64,000 bases of DNA from NCBI GenBank assembly GCA_043228905.1, contig JBHGNT010000015.1:13702001-13766000 (forward strand), read 5' to 3'. The stretch comes from Azolla caroliniana (lineage: Eukaryota; Plantae; Polypodiophyta). Positions 46,879-59,400 of the stretch are shown piece after piece (position 1 is the first letter of the stretch; every line of letters begins with the position of its first letter). A model generated the notes under the pieces. That model ran no database searches and had not been told where the DNA came from. It was given only the letters and a program-made list of their open reading frames with translations. The position numbers were made by a program, and so were the translations under genes.

Positions 46879-49713
46879 CAGTGTTGGGCAAAGTCCCAGG
46901 AACAGTGTCAGCCTTCCGGTTGCATTGGGACTTTTGCCGGCCAAGGTGGGGGAATGCCGGAATTGATTCCGGCCAGGTTATCCTACCAACAGGAATCTAG
47001 CCGGTTGATATTTTTTCAACCGGCTAGTTATATAGTTTTTTAAAAATATAGGTATGTATATATAACAAATATATAGATTTAACTTTCCCCCTCTTTCCCC
47101 CTCTTTCCCCCTTTCTTCCCTCTCGACTCTGCAAATAGTCACGTTTCTTGATCCTTGTTCACTATTTGCTTTCGTCTTCGTCTTCTGCTCCTTCTTCTTC
47201 TTCTTCTGCTTCATCTGCCCCTCCTGGAACAGACTACGTCACTCTCTTTCAACCTTCATATGGAAATGCTCTAACTGGACTTGGTGCTTACACTCCAGGT
47301 ATTCTCCATCATTCCCTTACAGAACTTTCTGCGGGAAATTTCCTTTGTTTTCTCTTCATCATGTCGATTTTTTTTACTTCTCTTCTCGAATTTCTGTGTA
47401 TAATTTTGTTTGTGACGTAGAACTGTGGTGACTCAGATGTGCATATCCATGCATTACATATAAGGTATATACAAAACCATCATAAAAAAAATAGCATGCA
47501 ACATAGCTAAATATAGTTCAAACTATAACCCAAGGTCCTTTGCAAACTTCAATATAGAGAGGTAATTCAGTTGTTGAGATCTCGCTAGACTTAGTGATGA
47601 CCAACTAATGGAATTGTATGATTGATTGGGTTTTGGAGGGCTTTAATTGATCTTTTCAATGTTGGTTAATGACATTAAGGAAAGTAATTCCCCAAACTTT
47701 ATGTATGATAGGTTCTGGCAAATGTTTCTCCCTTAGCCAGTGGAATGATGGCCAGATTCATTGACATGAAAAGACAATAAACCCTCGCATTACATAGTCT
47801 TGTACAGAGATTAGATACACTAAATGATGCAAGAATGAATCCAATGGACAATTTGGAGGCATATTTAGAATAGTGGTGGTGATTAGTGAGGATCATAAGC
47901 ATATATATGTTGAGATACATTACCCAATGCCCATAGGCATATATGACATGTTACTCCCATTAATCATGGTTTCATTATATCTGAATTACCCAATGATAGA
48001 TGGATCATCCAAACTTCCATCCACAGATTACCAAACTACCCATTAATCACTAACCATTACCCATTAGAGCTAGATAATGGAGTTCCTTTATACAAACCAT
48101 TGGATACTAATCATTGATAGTAAAGGGGGAGGGAGGAGGGGGGAGGGACTTCTTTTCTCTTCATTTCTTGGGCTTACTGCTGAATGTCTTCTTGAACCAC
48201 TTGAGGAGGCGAGTCGCGCCGTTGCGAGACGGCGGCTTGGGGCTAATAACATGGTGGTTATGCATCGGCACATTCGAAGATAAGATAGACACGCTTCTGA
48301 CGCTCTTGCTCCTAGCAAAGTGTCCACCAAGGGGTGAAGGTGGGCATTGAACTTGAGTAGTAGTAGTAGTAACTGTAGTAGTACCTATGAGTAGATGGAT
48401 GCCTTTGTGATCTTCTCCCACGGAATGATCATTAGCATCACCAATTCCATTGCCATTGATGTGGGCATTACCATAGCCATTGCCATTGCCAATACCATTG
48501 CCATTGTAATCCAATGCCCTCTATACAGTCCATTTCCCTTTTTTATCTTTTACTTCCTAATAGCCTAATCCTAATCTATACATTAGTCATTACCTAATCT
48601 CTTTCAAAGCATCAAGCGTGACCCAATGGATTACTATCATGATTTAGAATGCCGATCATTAGATAACCTCCCATGATTTGTCACATAAGATTTGTTATAT
48701 GTCGGTTTATGCTCGTTGTCGTGAAGAGATGAAATGCAGGATGAAGTGCAAAAGGCCCCTTTGTGAGGCTTATGCAAGCATGTTGATGCCCCATAGGACA
48801 AAGTGATTGAAGTACACGCATGGATAAGGCTAATCATTTGTATGTTGTTGGTAACTTCAGGACATGACCCTATTGCAGTTCCATTTAGAGACTAATGAGG
48901 GGATCCCTTAACTTCACTAAATTGGATAGTAGATGACAAAGAGTACTACTACATGCGAAAAAATTATAGTTAGCTCCAATTAATCAAATTGCTTGTCCAC
49001 TAAGAAGAGATTTCTTAGATGTTTGGGGTATGATAAATTGTAATGATGTGTGGAAAGAAAAGCTACCCGAACTTCTAAAGATTGCATTGATAGGTTTAAT
49101 CCAATGTTCTTCTACAGCAACATGTGAGAGAGGCTTTAGTCGCCTAAATCTAATAAAAAATAAGTTTAGAAATAGGTTGAAAAACAATGCGGTTGATGCA
49201 TTGATGCGAATCTCTATTGAAGGACCTGAACTAGAAGAACATGACTTCAATGCTAGCATTTTGTTGTGGCGAGAAAGCAAGGCATATCGTCATATTTTTA
49301 CAGGAACATCTCAGGAGCATGATGATGAGATCGAGGACTTCATAGAAGATATAGATTAAAACTTTATAAATGTGATCGATTTTGTTTTGGAACTTTCTAT
49401 ATATTACATCTAATTTGATCTAATGTTGTTAATGCTACTTTATAAAGGTTTGAAAAGTGAATTATGTTTATAGAGTTAGAATATTTTTTGGTAAATATAT
49501 ATCTTTAGTTTTTGGGTTCCAAAATTTTGTGATTGATTTGATTTTGTATTGCATTAGATTTTTTTTTGGTTATGTGGCCAAAAAAAATTTCAACATGTTC
49601 CGGTTGACATTGTCGTTGGTAGGAACGTGGCCGGCCAAAATTTTAAAATTCCGGTTAGGTTCATGAGAAGCAGGAAAATTTCCGGTAGGGGCTACAAACT
49701 TTGCCCAACACTG
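46879..49713 (+). mobile_element. Non-autonomous hAT transposon with captured internal sequence; 16-bp TIRs, 8-bp TSD CATATAAG
   Basis: cagtgttgggcaaagt / actttgcccaacactg. catataag at 46871-46878 and 49714-49721. Confidence 0.95.
49030..49359 (+). pseudogene. hAT transposase C-terminal dimerisation domain remnant
   Basis: LPELLKIALIGLIQCSSTATCERGFSRLNLIKNKFRNRL..LMRISIEGP. Confidence 0.9.
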
Positions 49714-49849
49714 CATATAAGACCTCCTGCAAGACTTTTAAGGAAATACCTTGATGACAATTTCTTTAAAAGATATTGGATGAGAATTAAGTATGGTAAA
49801 TATGCCATTAAAATTATCCCACCATTGAAGTCAACGTTTACATTTATAA

Positions 49850-50900
49850 TGGTTGCTCCACCATAATGGGAAGTTCTATGTTATAAATGTCCTTGGAGTT
49901 TTAAAAAAACTTTTTGAATTTCATGATACACCCTCAATTGTGCACGTGAAATACATTGACACTCGTTCTAATTCTATGTTTTGGCCTAAATTATGCCATA
50001 GCATGAAATTTTATATAATTAAATGTTTAGAATACCAAGTGAATAAGGCAGAACACCTTAAAGTTGTAGATATTTTGCATCCTACAAATATTCCTAATAA
50101 TAAATGGGTAAGTATAATGATGATTTTATTGTTAATCTACCTCAAACACAAAGAGGTCATGAGTCATGACTCCTTATGTAGTGATTGTTGATCAACAAAT
50201 TCAGCCAAATTCACCAACTAAAACCACAATAAAAACTTATGAATTAACTTACAATTTGTCCACATATTATTTCAATTTTATGGTTTATTGATGGATGTAT
50301 TTAATGATAGAGATTCTATGTTTATTGGCGATTTTTGCACTCGAATCTTTAAAATTTTGGAAACTCCTTTGAGCACAAGCTCCTCTTTTGCAAGCTTGCT
50401 TATAACATGTCTAAACTAATTCAATTAGATTCGTTTTTTATGTTAATGTATGGCTTTAAACCATGAGGCCCTAACAATGTTAACGATTATCAAGATAAAT
50501 TAGATAGCACACACCATTTCTCAAGGATATGCAAGAAATGTTAAAACTTATCCACAATGTACGAACTTTATACAATTCATTTCATGGGGTTTTTTAACTC
50601 AGATAATCTTTGCTTAAAGATTAGGCTCATAAGCTACATAAATATATTGAATTGACGATGTCTCTATCAATGAACGCAACCATCAAAGGACATGAAATGT
50701 CCTAAAACATTCTTTAGTCACAACTCATCTCTCCAACCAAAACAATATCAAGCAAAGTTTATAACATTTTCAAAACTCCCCTTAATGTAGGAAGTAGACA
50801 AGTTCCTAATATTTTATTTATCTCAATGGCCATTAATTCTCAAAGACCAAATTATATATTCCACTACATCAAAAGTCTATTATTGGTCAAGGAACAACAA
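49850..50900 (+). pseudogene. Highly degenerate Ty3/gypsy integrase remnant
   Basis: FHDTP..FWPKL..CLEYQVNKAEHLK..IPNNKWVSIMM resembles the zinc-finger/core junction of gypsy integrase. Confidence 0.6.
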
Positions 50901-51658
50901 TGATTGTATAATATGCACCTATTATTAGATGTTGATTGGTTGTGATCACTTCATTGTGGATGACCAAAAAGACAAATGGGTAAACGAAATTGAAGGGACA
51001 GCTTATTGTATTAGTGCCATTGGCAATAGTGGGAGATGGTGTTTGAGTATTGTTCTTTAACCATGGTGTGTGAGAGTGACTCAATAATGTAGTTGCCACA
51101 ACCGCCTTACTTCCTTTCCTCAACCTCCTTGTTGGTTATGTTGATTCACGGATAATGACAAACATAGATATTGATGGATGTGGTCACATTTGCCATATTT
51201 TGGTGAAATTGTAGCATGAGCAAACATGTTGCATTGCTCGACATGACACGCATATAAGAATACTAAACCACGACAACAAGTCTTCTAATTAATATTATGG
51301 ACCCAATCAAGAGAGACTACCAGTAGTGGTCTTCATGCTTGAACATGTTCCTCTTAGTTAGAGAAAAGCCACAGCCTCATTTGCATGTCTACACATAGAT
51401 ATTGTCTTGATTTTAGACCACATCTTGCACTTAGATCATTGCCTCGTGTCATAGATCGTTGCACTTCTATGAATTTTGTCATAGAAGACAAGGAAATTTT
51501 TGGTGCACATTTTTTTCCATGTATAGGCAAACTTGTTAAACATAGTCCCTGGGGCATTTTGATCATCAATTTAGGCTATGGCCTCATAACCTATGGAACC
51601 TTCAATGTTAAGGTTTACCCATTATCAGCATAAGAGTTATCTATTGTCGGAATAAGAG

Positions 51659-53928
51659 TTATCCATTGTCAGCATGCATACGAGCCAGGGAATATATGTT
51701 TTGCATGCAAACATATGCAATATCACACTTTTCATCCAACTTCAATGATTTCTCAAATGCCCACTTTCCCAGCTCGAGGTTTGACCATTTTTTACAAGCA
51801 CCCAAGAACACTAACAACAGGGGGAGCTGTTCAAAAGATGGGATATTCTCAATCACAAGCATGGCTTTTGAAAAATGGCCGGCACGGCAAAGAAGGTCAA
51901 CCATACATGTGTATTGTTTCAAAGTTGGGATGAGATAATACAACGTTTGCATCTTATTGAAGACAAAATGACCCTCCTCCACTAAGCCTGAGTGGCTACA
52001 TCCATTGAGTAATGCAGTGAAGGTGAATATATCTGGCATTACCTGATCTGCCACCATTCTTCTGAATAAATATGAAACTTTTTTTGTTTGACCAATCTGT
52101 GCATAGCCAGCTATTAGTGCATTCCATGCCGCAACATCCCATATAGGAAGCTCGTTGAATACATCTTGGGCTTTTACTAGCAGACCACACTTAGCATACA
52201 TTTCCACCAATGTGCTGCCAACTATAACATCCTTTTCAAACAGCAAATCCTTACTGATTCTGGCATGTATTTCTTCTCCTGTCCCAAGAGATCCCATGTT
52301 GCCACATGCTTGCAACACGTTCGTAAATGTGATCGCATCTGGACAGATGCCCTCATTTTGCATTTGCCAAAAGCATGTCAATGCTTCGTGTCCATAATCA
52401 TGCTCAACATATCCTGCAATCAAGGCATTCCAAGCCACGACATCTCGTACTTGAAGTTCATCAAAAACTTCTTGCGCTCTTTCCAACACACTGCATTTGG
52501 AATACAAATCCACCAAACTAGTGCAAAGTATGACATCTTTTTCTAAAACACCCAGATTGTATACCTTGGTATGTATCACTTTTCCTAGCTCGAGAGATCC
52601 TATAGTACTACAGCCTTTAGAAATGAGAGCAAATGTGAGTGCATCTGGGGAGACTCCCTCATCTTGCATCTGTTGAAAAAAACTCAAGGCTTCATCAACA
52701 TGACCACATTTCACATACCCAGCAATGAGCACATTCCATGACACAACATCTCGTACTAGAAGCTTATCAAATACCTGCTGTGCTTTTACTAGCACGCCAC
52801 ACTTGGCATACATGTCCACCAATGTTGTTATAATAAAAATGTCTTTGTCTAATAGCCTCTGCATATTGATCTTCTCGTGTATTTCTTCTCCCATCTCAAG
52901 AGCTCTTATGTTGCTACAAGCCTTCAAAGCACAAAGAAAAGTGGTTCTGTCAGGCAAGATATCCTCTTCTTCCATCCTCCTGAAGCATTTCAGAACGTCA
53001 TCCATGAGCCCATGCTGCAAGTAGCCATCCATGAGAACATTGCAAGATACAACATCCAGCGTCGGAAGATTGTCAAACACTTGTTTTGCTTTACCCAGTA
53101 GACCACACTTTGCATACATGTCCATCAGTGCTGTACCTAGCACCCCACCTTGTTCTACACCGAATCCTTGATTGCATAACTTCACATGTATCTCTTCCCC
53201 TAACTTGAGTGATCCTGTGCTGGCACAAGCTTTCAAAAGGCACAAAGCAGTGACAGCATCTGCCGGAATTCCCTCATCTTGCATCCGCCTGAAACAATAG
53301 AAAGCTTGAGCAACATGCATTTGCTGGCTGTAGCCAGTGATCAATGCATTCCATGATATGACATCCCGAGTGGGAAGCTCATCGAAGACTCTTTGTGCGT
53401 TTTCCAACATGCCACATTTAGCATACATGTTGACCAGCGCATTTCCAAGCATAAGATTGTTCTTCAATAACCCCTGCTTGTGGGCCTTTGCATGTATCTC
53501 TTCTCCTAGCACCGGAGCTGTCGATCCCAAGCTGATACAAGCTTTCAATATGCACACAAAGGTGATTGCATCGGGGGTGATGCCCTCTTGTTCCATGATC
53601 CTGAAGCAACGGATGGCTTCACGAGCGAGGCCGTGCTGGGCATATCCACAAATCAGTGCACTCCATGACACAACATCCCGGGATGGAAGGTGCTGGAAAG
53701 CTTGCTGTGCTTCTGTGATGGCATTGCATTTGAAGTAGGTGTACACAAGGGAAGTGGTTATGCGATGGTCAGTGGGGAACAAGCCCTTGCGGACAGCATC
53801 TGCATGAAGCTGCCGGGGATCGCCAGCCAGTTTCCCGCAGCATTTTAGGGATCTGATTAGCAGCTGGGCATGGCGTGCTGTACTTATGGGATCAGCAGCA
53901 CAACTAGCATAAGGAACCGCAGCAGCAG

Positions 53929-53985
<57 letters not shown>

Positions 53986-53995
53986 CACTAATCAT
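51659..53995 (-). CDS. PLS-class pentatricopeptide repeat protein with E extension, no DYW (probable organellar RNA-editing factor)
   Basis: Open frame with repeated P-L-S triplets (LVDMYAKCG..AQ.VFD.L..RDVVSWN.LI.GY), ending CSHSGLVEEG..YTCMVDLLCRAG..LGACKKW..NIY. First ATG 53995; the frame stays open to 54058, so the start is uncertain. Confidence 0.92.
53928..53990. repeat. (TAC)n microsatellite encoding poly-Ser in the PPR N-terminus
   Basis: Uninterrupted tactactac run. Confidence 0.95.
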
Positions 53996-54094
53996 GAGCT
54001 CTGCGACCTCCAAGACATAACCTGCGCATAGCCCCGTACTGTCTCTGTGCGCACACAACGCGAAAGGCGGGTTACTTCTTCACAGGAGGCAGAA

Positions 54095-54136
54095 TGAAGA
54101 AGAAGAAGAAGAAGAAGAAGAAGAATCTCTCTTTTT

Positions 54137-54169
<33 letters not shown>

Positions 54170-54323
54170 TTCTTCCTTCTTCCTTCTTCTGTTTTATAAT
54201 ATGTGTCTATTTTCTTCTTCTTCTTCTTCTTCTTCTTCTTCCTTCTTCCTTCTTCTTCTGTTTTATATGTGTCTCTTTTCTTCTTCTTCTTCTTCTTCTT
54301 CTTCTTCCTTCTTCCTTCTTCCT
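54095..54323. repeat. (GAA)n followed by three (CTT)n blocks upstream of the PPR gene
   Basis: Seen directly. Confidence 0.95.
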
Positions 54324-54599
54324 TATGGAGAAGAGACACATATAAAATCTCTTGTATAATTATGGTTATGGGTTAAAAAATATCTTGTATAATTGTGGGT
54401 GCAAAAAATCTCCTCTATAATTGTCGGTGAAAAATCTCTTGTATTATTAATTGTGGGCGAAAAACACTACACTGGTAGTAGATGATGGTTTCCGGACAAT
54501 ATAAGGATAGCACTTCATGACATGAGACCACCCAAGTGTTGAACACATCATGAAGAACAAGGAATCTTAAGTGGAATACTCTTTTATGTTTAGCAATCA

Positions 54600-55510
54600 C
54601 CACCATGATGTGCCTTAAATCATTGTCCTCTCATGTATTGTGCCCTCGTTCTCGATGAAATATTGGAGAGTACATATCCATGGTTATGAGTGTGAAGACA
54701 TGTGTTGCGATAATGAAAATGTATGAGCCATTTTATGTATAGAGACGTCCAATATTGCAACTCTCTCCAAACGGTTAGGGGTTTTGCTAAATGGTTCCAC
54801 ACGACCCATGTGATTCCCATCTTATCCCACTTTCTCCAAAACAAAATATCGATGTGGTTGCAAAATGGAATGCAAAACCTTCTAACAAGTAATATAATAT
54901 CATGGATTTTATAATTACATTGTAAACCTTCACCCGTACATGAAATGGCCAAGATTGTGACTTCCAATGCACGAACTTATCCCTTAACTTACTATTCATC
55001 CATTCAATCAATTGGCCATTCATAACATTCACTCCCAATGGATATCGCAAATGTTTACAAATAGAGCCTTTTCCAACCACAACCCTTGTCATCCTAAATA
55101 TTCTGAATCCTTCTAAATACATGAGATGAGACTAGAGTTTCTCCCATTAATATGTTATCCAGATACCAATGCCCTTCTCAAGATTCTCACGTAAGGCTCA
55201 TTGAAACATGAAAGCATCATGTGCCAAGGCACATTCTACCAAATGCACCCCACAACATCACCATTAGTTGTAAGTTTTGATAATATCATCAACAATGGAT
55301 GAGTAATAGTAGCAAACAACAATGGGCTTAGTGGACATCCTTAACAAACAAATCTCATGAGGGCAATATCTAATGTAACTCCAACATTAAGCATAACTTA
55401 TGATATTGTATCTTGTCCGAAAAAAAATATGTCCCGACACATATGTGGTAAAGCCCAATGTATGCATTAACCTGGAAACAAAGGACCAATTAGAATGATC
55501 ATAAGCTAAC
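54600..55510 (-). pseudogene. Degenerate L1-type LINE reverse transcriptase remnant
   Basis: Minus-strand AYDH (~55500), GCPLSPLLF (~55320-55340) and KHLRYPLG..KFVHWKSQSWPFHVRVKV. More LINE-like sequence probably lies at 56040-56419 and 62245-63300. Confidence 0.6.
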
Positions 55511-55992
55511 AGTAGGCCATTTGTGAGTTCATAGATCGTGGAACCATTCAACATAACTTGTCACGTGACTGGATGCACCCAAGTTCAAGAACAATGTGCC
55601 TCAATCTTGATTGTGTTCATTAATTTGGAGTTTTCCTTGGGACTTAGTACAAATATATCACCCATAATCATCATGGGAGGAGTTGATAGCATAATTATTG
55701 AGTTGTCAAAGATTCTTGGCATCACTTTTCTTCTTGAGACAATTTGCCTCAATGTGGCTAGGATTGCCTCAATACCAACATTGTGTTTTGTTTTAGAAGT
55801 TTGCTCCACCATTCAAACTATCACTTCTTTTGGATTTTCTTCTTCCACTCCCATTTTCATGATAAGGTTTGGAATTCGCATATTGTATGTGGTTTCCTCC
55901 TTAATTGTGTTGCCCACTATATATTCGTATTTCTCTTCTGTCCACAACCCCCATTGGAGTGTGGGGTAGATAATTTGGCTCTCTAAGACTAT

Positions 55993-56419
55993 GTTATGCA
56001 TGTTGACATGATTTTCTTCTACCAAAAGCATCAATTAGAGGTTGAAGAAATATGATAATTTCTCAATTGTGAGGATGGAGATCCTCAACAATTTGAGCTA
56101 TTGGGGGAGGCCATCAAAGCATGTCTCCATCATTGCATCCTCCTTGGCTTTTACATCCATCAAATAAAGAGAGTCGTATAATTATTTTATTTAAGGTAAT
56201 ATCATTAATGAATGTATCTTCTTTATGAAGTTCTCTCAGCTTGTCTTAGCAAATTTTCTTGACATTCGAACATGTATCCTTGAATGTTTTTGTGTCTTGC
56301 ATATACATGAGCATGTGATTGTGCATGCAGTTTGCAAGAAAATAATTTATTCAACTTGGCCTTTATTACCATCATGTGTAGTTTGCCTACGTCAGATCAA
56401 GCATTGTCTCAAGTTTCCT
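55993..56419. repeat. 427-bp direct repeat, copy 1 (copy 2 at 61818-62244) flanking the copia
   Basis: gttatgcatgttgac...tctcaagtttcct occurs on both sides of the element. Confidence 0.95.
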
Positions 56420-59400
56420 CGGCCACAACCGAGGAATAGGATCAACTCACAGTAAACGGGAAATACAAAGTGCACAGGGACAATAGAGAGAAAGGTACAC
56501 TGGATATTTTGCGTGGAAAACCCTAAATGGGAAAAACCACGGGAGTCCTCTAACTCCAACTATCACTATGAACAGGGATGTACACTGGTGAAGCTACAAG
56601 GCAACAACCTTGAGCTCACTGTCTTCGCCACAGACGGCGGCAATACACAGAGGCAACGACCTCTTCGTCTCTCTCTCTCTCTCTCTCTCTCGGCTGCTCT
56701 CACTTCGCATAAAAATGAGCAACAACATAAAACTGTTTGCCCTAAGTCATATTTATACACATATGACTTTCGGGCTATTTACAAATATAGCCTCAAGGGC
56801 CCTTGGCAAACATATTCACAAATATGTCCCCGCATCCGGATCTCTCTCCGGGTACATACGTCATCCGGCTCCGTAACCGGGGTCTTCAGCATCCGGCTCC
56901 GTAACCGGGGTCTTCATCATCCGGATCCGCAGCCGGGTACTCTTCATCCGGCTTCATGCCGGGTACTCTTCATCATACGGTTCCGTAACAGCCTCCGGGC
57001 TTGCCGTCATTCATCTCCGGACATCCCATCCGGAGGGACCGAAATCCCAACAAACTCCCCCTTCACTTCGGCATGGGATGTCTCTCCAACCCGATCCTCT
57101 TCCGGCATGCTTCCAGCTTGTCGGGTGTGAGCACCTTGGTCAGCATATCCGACCCGTTCTCGTCCGTGTGGATCTTCGTCAGCACGAACTCCTTGTCTTC
57201 TATCCTCTCCCGGATCCAGTGGTATCTACGCTGGATGTGTTTCGTCCGGGAATGGTAGGCCGCGTTCTTCGCAAGGTGGATGGCACTCTGACTGTCGCAG
57301 TAGAGTCGGTACTCCTCCTGCCGGATACCGAGCTCTCTAATGAAGTCCTTCATCCATATTATTTCCTTGCCGGCTTCAACAGCCGCCATGTACTCCGCCT
57401 CCGTGGTTGACAGCGCAACCGTCTTCTGCAGCCTCGACTGCCACGAAACAGCTCCACCTGCATACGTCATCACATACCCTGATGTGGACCGGCTGGTATC
57501 TGCATCAGCCGACATATCCGAATCGGTAAAGCCGTCGAGTTCGGGCTTACCGGAGCCGAATCGGAGGTACACGTTTGCCGTGCCCTTCAGGTATCGGAGT
57601 ATCCACTTGACCGCGTTCCAGTGCTCTTTGCCGGGATTGCTCATGTACCGGCTCACCACTCCAACTGCATATCCTATGTCCGGTCTTGTACACACCATTG
57701 CGTACATCAAGCTTCCGACGACAGAGGCATATGGTACTTTCATCATGTCCTCCTTCTCAGCCTTTGTCTTGGGGCTTTGCTTGCTGGACAACTTGCAGTT
57801 TGCCGGGAGGGTTGACCCGACCGGTCTTGCTTCCGACATGTTGAACCGGTGAAGCACCTTTGTCACGTACTTCTCCTGTGACAGCCACAACTGCTTCTTC
57901 TTCCGGTCCCGGATGATGTGCATCCCTAGTATTTGCCTTGCCGGACCCAGGTCCTTCATTGAGAAGGTTCGGTGAAGCGCTTTCTTCAGCATCCGTATCT
58001 TGACCTGGTCCCGTCCGACGATCAACATGTCGTCCACGTACAGGAGGAGTATTAGGAAGTCTCCTCCTTCGAACTTCTTCACAAACACGCAGTGATCGGA
58101 CTGCGTTTTGTGGTACCCTTCGTCGGTCATGAAAGAGTCGAACTTCCGGTACCATTGCCGGGGAGCTTGCTTCAGTCCGTAAAGGCTCTTCTTCAACCGG
58201 CATACCAGGTGCTCCTTCCCTTTCTTCTCGAATCCTTCCGGTTGCTGCATGTAGATCTCTTCTTCGAGGTCACCGTGAAGGAATGCCGTCTTCACGTCCA
58301 TCTGTTCTACCTCGAGGTCCACGCTTGCCGCTATGCTCAGCACCGTCCGGATGGAGGTCATCTTCACTACCGGGGCAAATATCTCGTCGAAGTCGACGCC
58401 CTTCTTCTGCTGGAACCCCTTCACCACGATCCTGGCTTTGTATCTCGGGGGGTTTCCGGCATCTCCCGGTTTCAGCTTGAACACCCACTTGTTTCGAAGT
58501 GCCCGCTTTCCTTTCGGCAACTCCACAAGTTCATATGTGTGGTTCTCATGCAGGGAATCCATCTCCTCCTGCATGGCACTCAACCACCTGCGGCTATGGG
58601 TGTCAAGCTTTGCTTCTTCAAAACTCTCCGGCTCCCCCTCGTCGGTTAGCAGCACGTGCTCTGGTTCCGGGAATCTCCGGGGGGCCCTTCTCTCTCTTAG
58701 AGGATATCTCCGTTCCGGAGCTTCGGTAACCGGCTCCTCCGTTTCCTCTTCATCCGAATCCATTTCGAGATCGGGGCCGGTTCCGGTATCAGTTTCATCT
58801 TCCTCGGCCGGTTCTGTTTCTTCACCGTCTTCGGCCGGATCCTCGAGTGCTAACCGGTCCCTTGCCGGTCGGGACTGCTCTTCGTAGAGTTGATTCTCAC
58901 CGGTCGACTTGGAGCTCTTCATCTTCTTCTCCGACTCCCAGTCGGCGAGTGTCTTGTCCTCCATGAAGATGATATCTCGACTCCTGAATATCTTCTTGTC
59001 GACCGGGTCCCATACTCGGTAGCCGAACTCGTCGTCGCCGTAACCGAGGAATATGCATGGCCGGGTCTTTGGATCTAACTTTCCTCTCCGGTCCTTTGCC
59101 ACATGCACGTATGCGAGACACCCGAACACCTTCAGATGCCGGTAGGACACTTCCTTACCGGTCCACACTTTCTGCGGCGTGTCTCCGTCCAAAGGTACTG
59201 AGGGTGATCTATTTATCACATACGTCGCCGTCGACATTGCCTCAGCCCAAAACCCCTTGGGTAATTTCGCATGCGCCAGCATACTCCGGACCCTCTCCAT
59301 TATGGTCCGGTTCATCCTCTCGGCCAGCCCGTTCAGTTCCGGAGTCTTCGGCACAGTAAACTCGAGCCGGATTCCCTTCGAGCGACAGTACTCCTCGAAC

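Noticed and set aside
53992-54345. Poly-Lys/poly-Leu ORFs
   Set aside because: Translations of (GAA)/(CTT) microsatellites.
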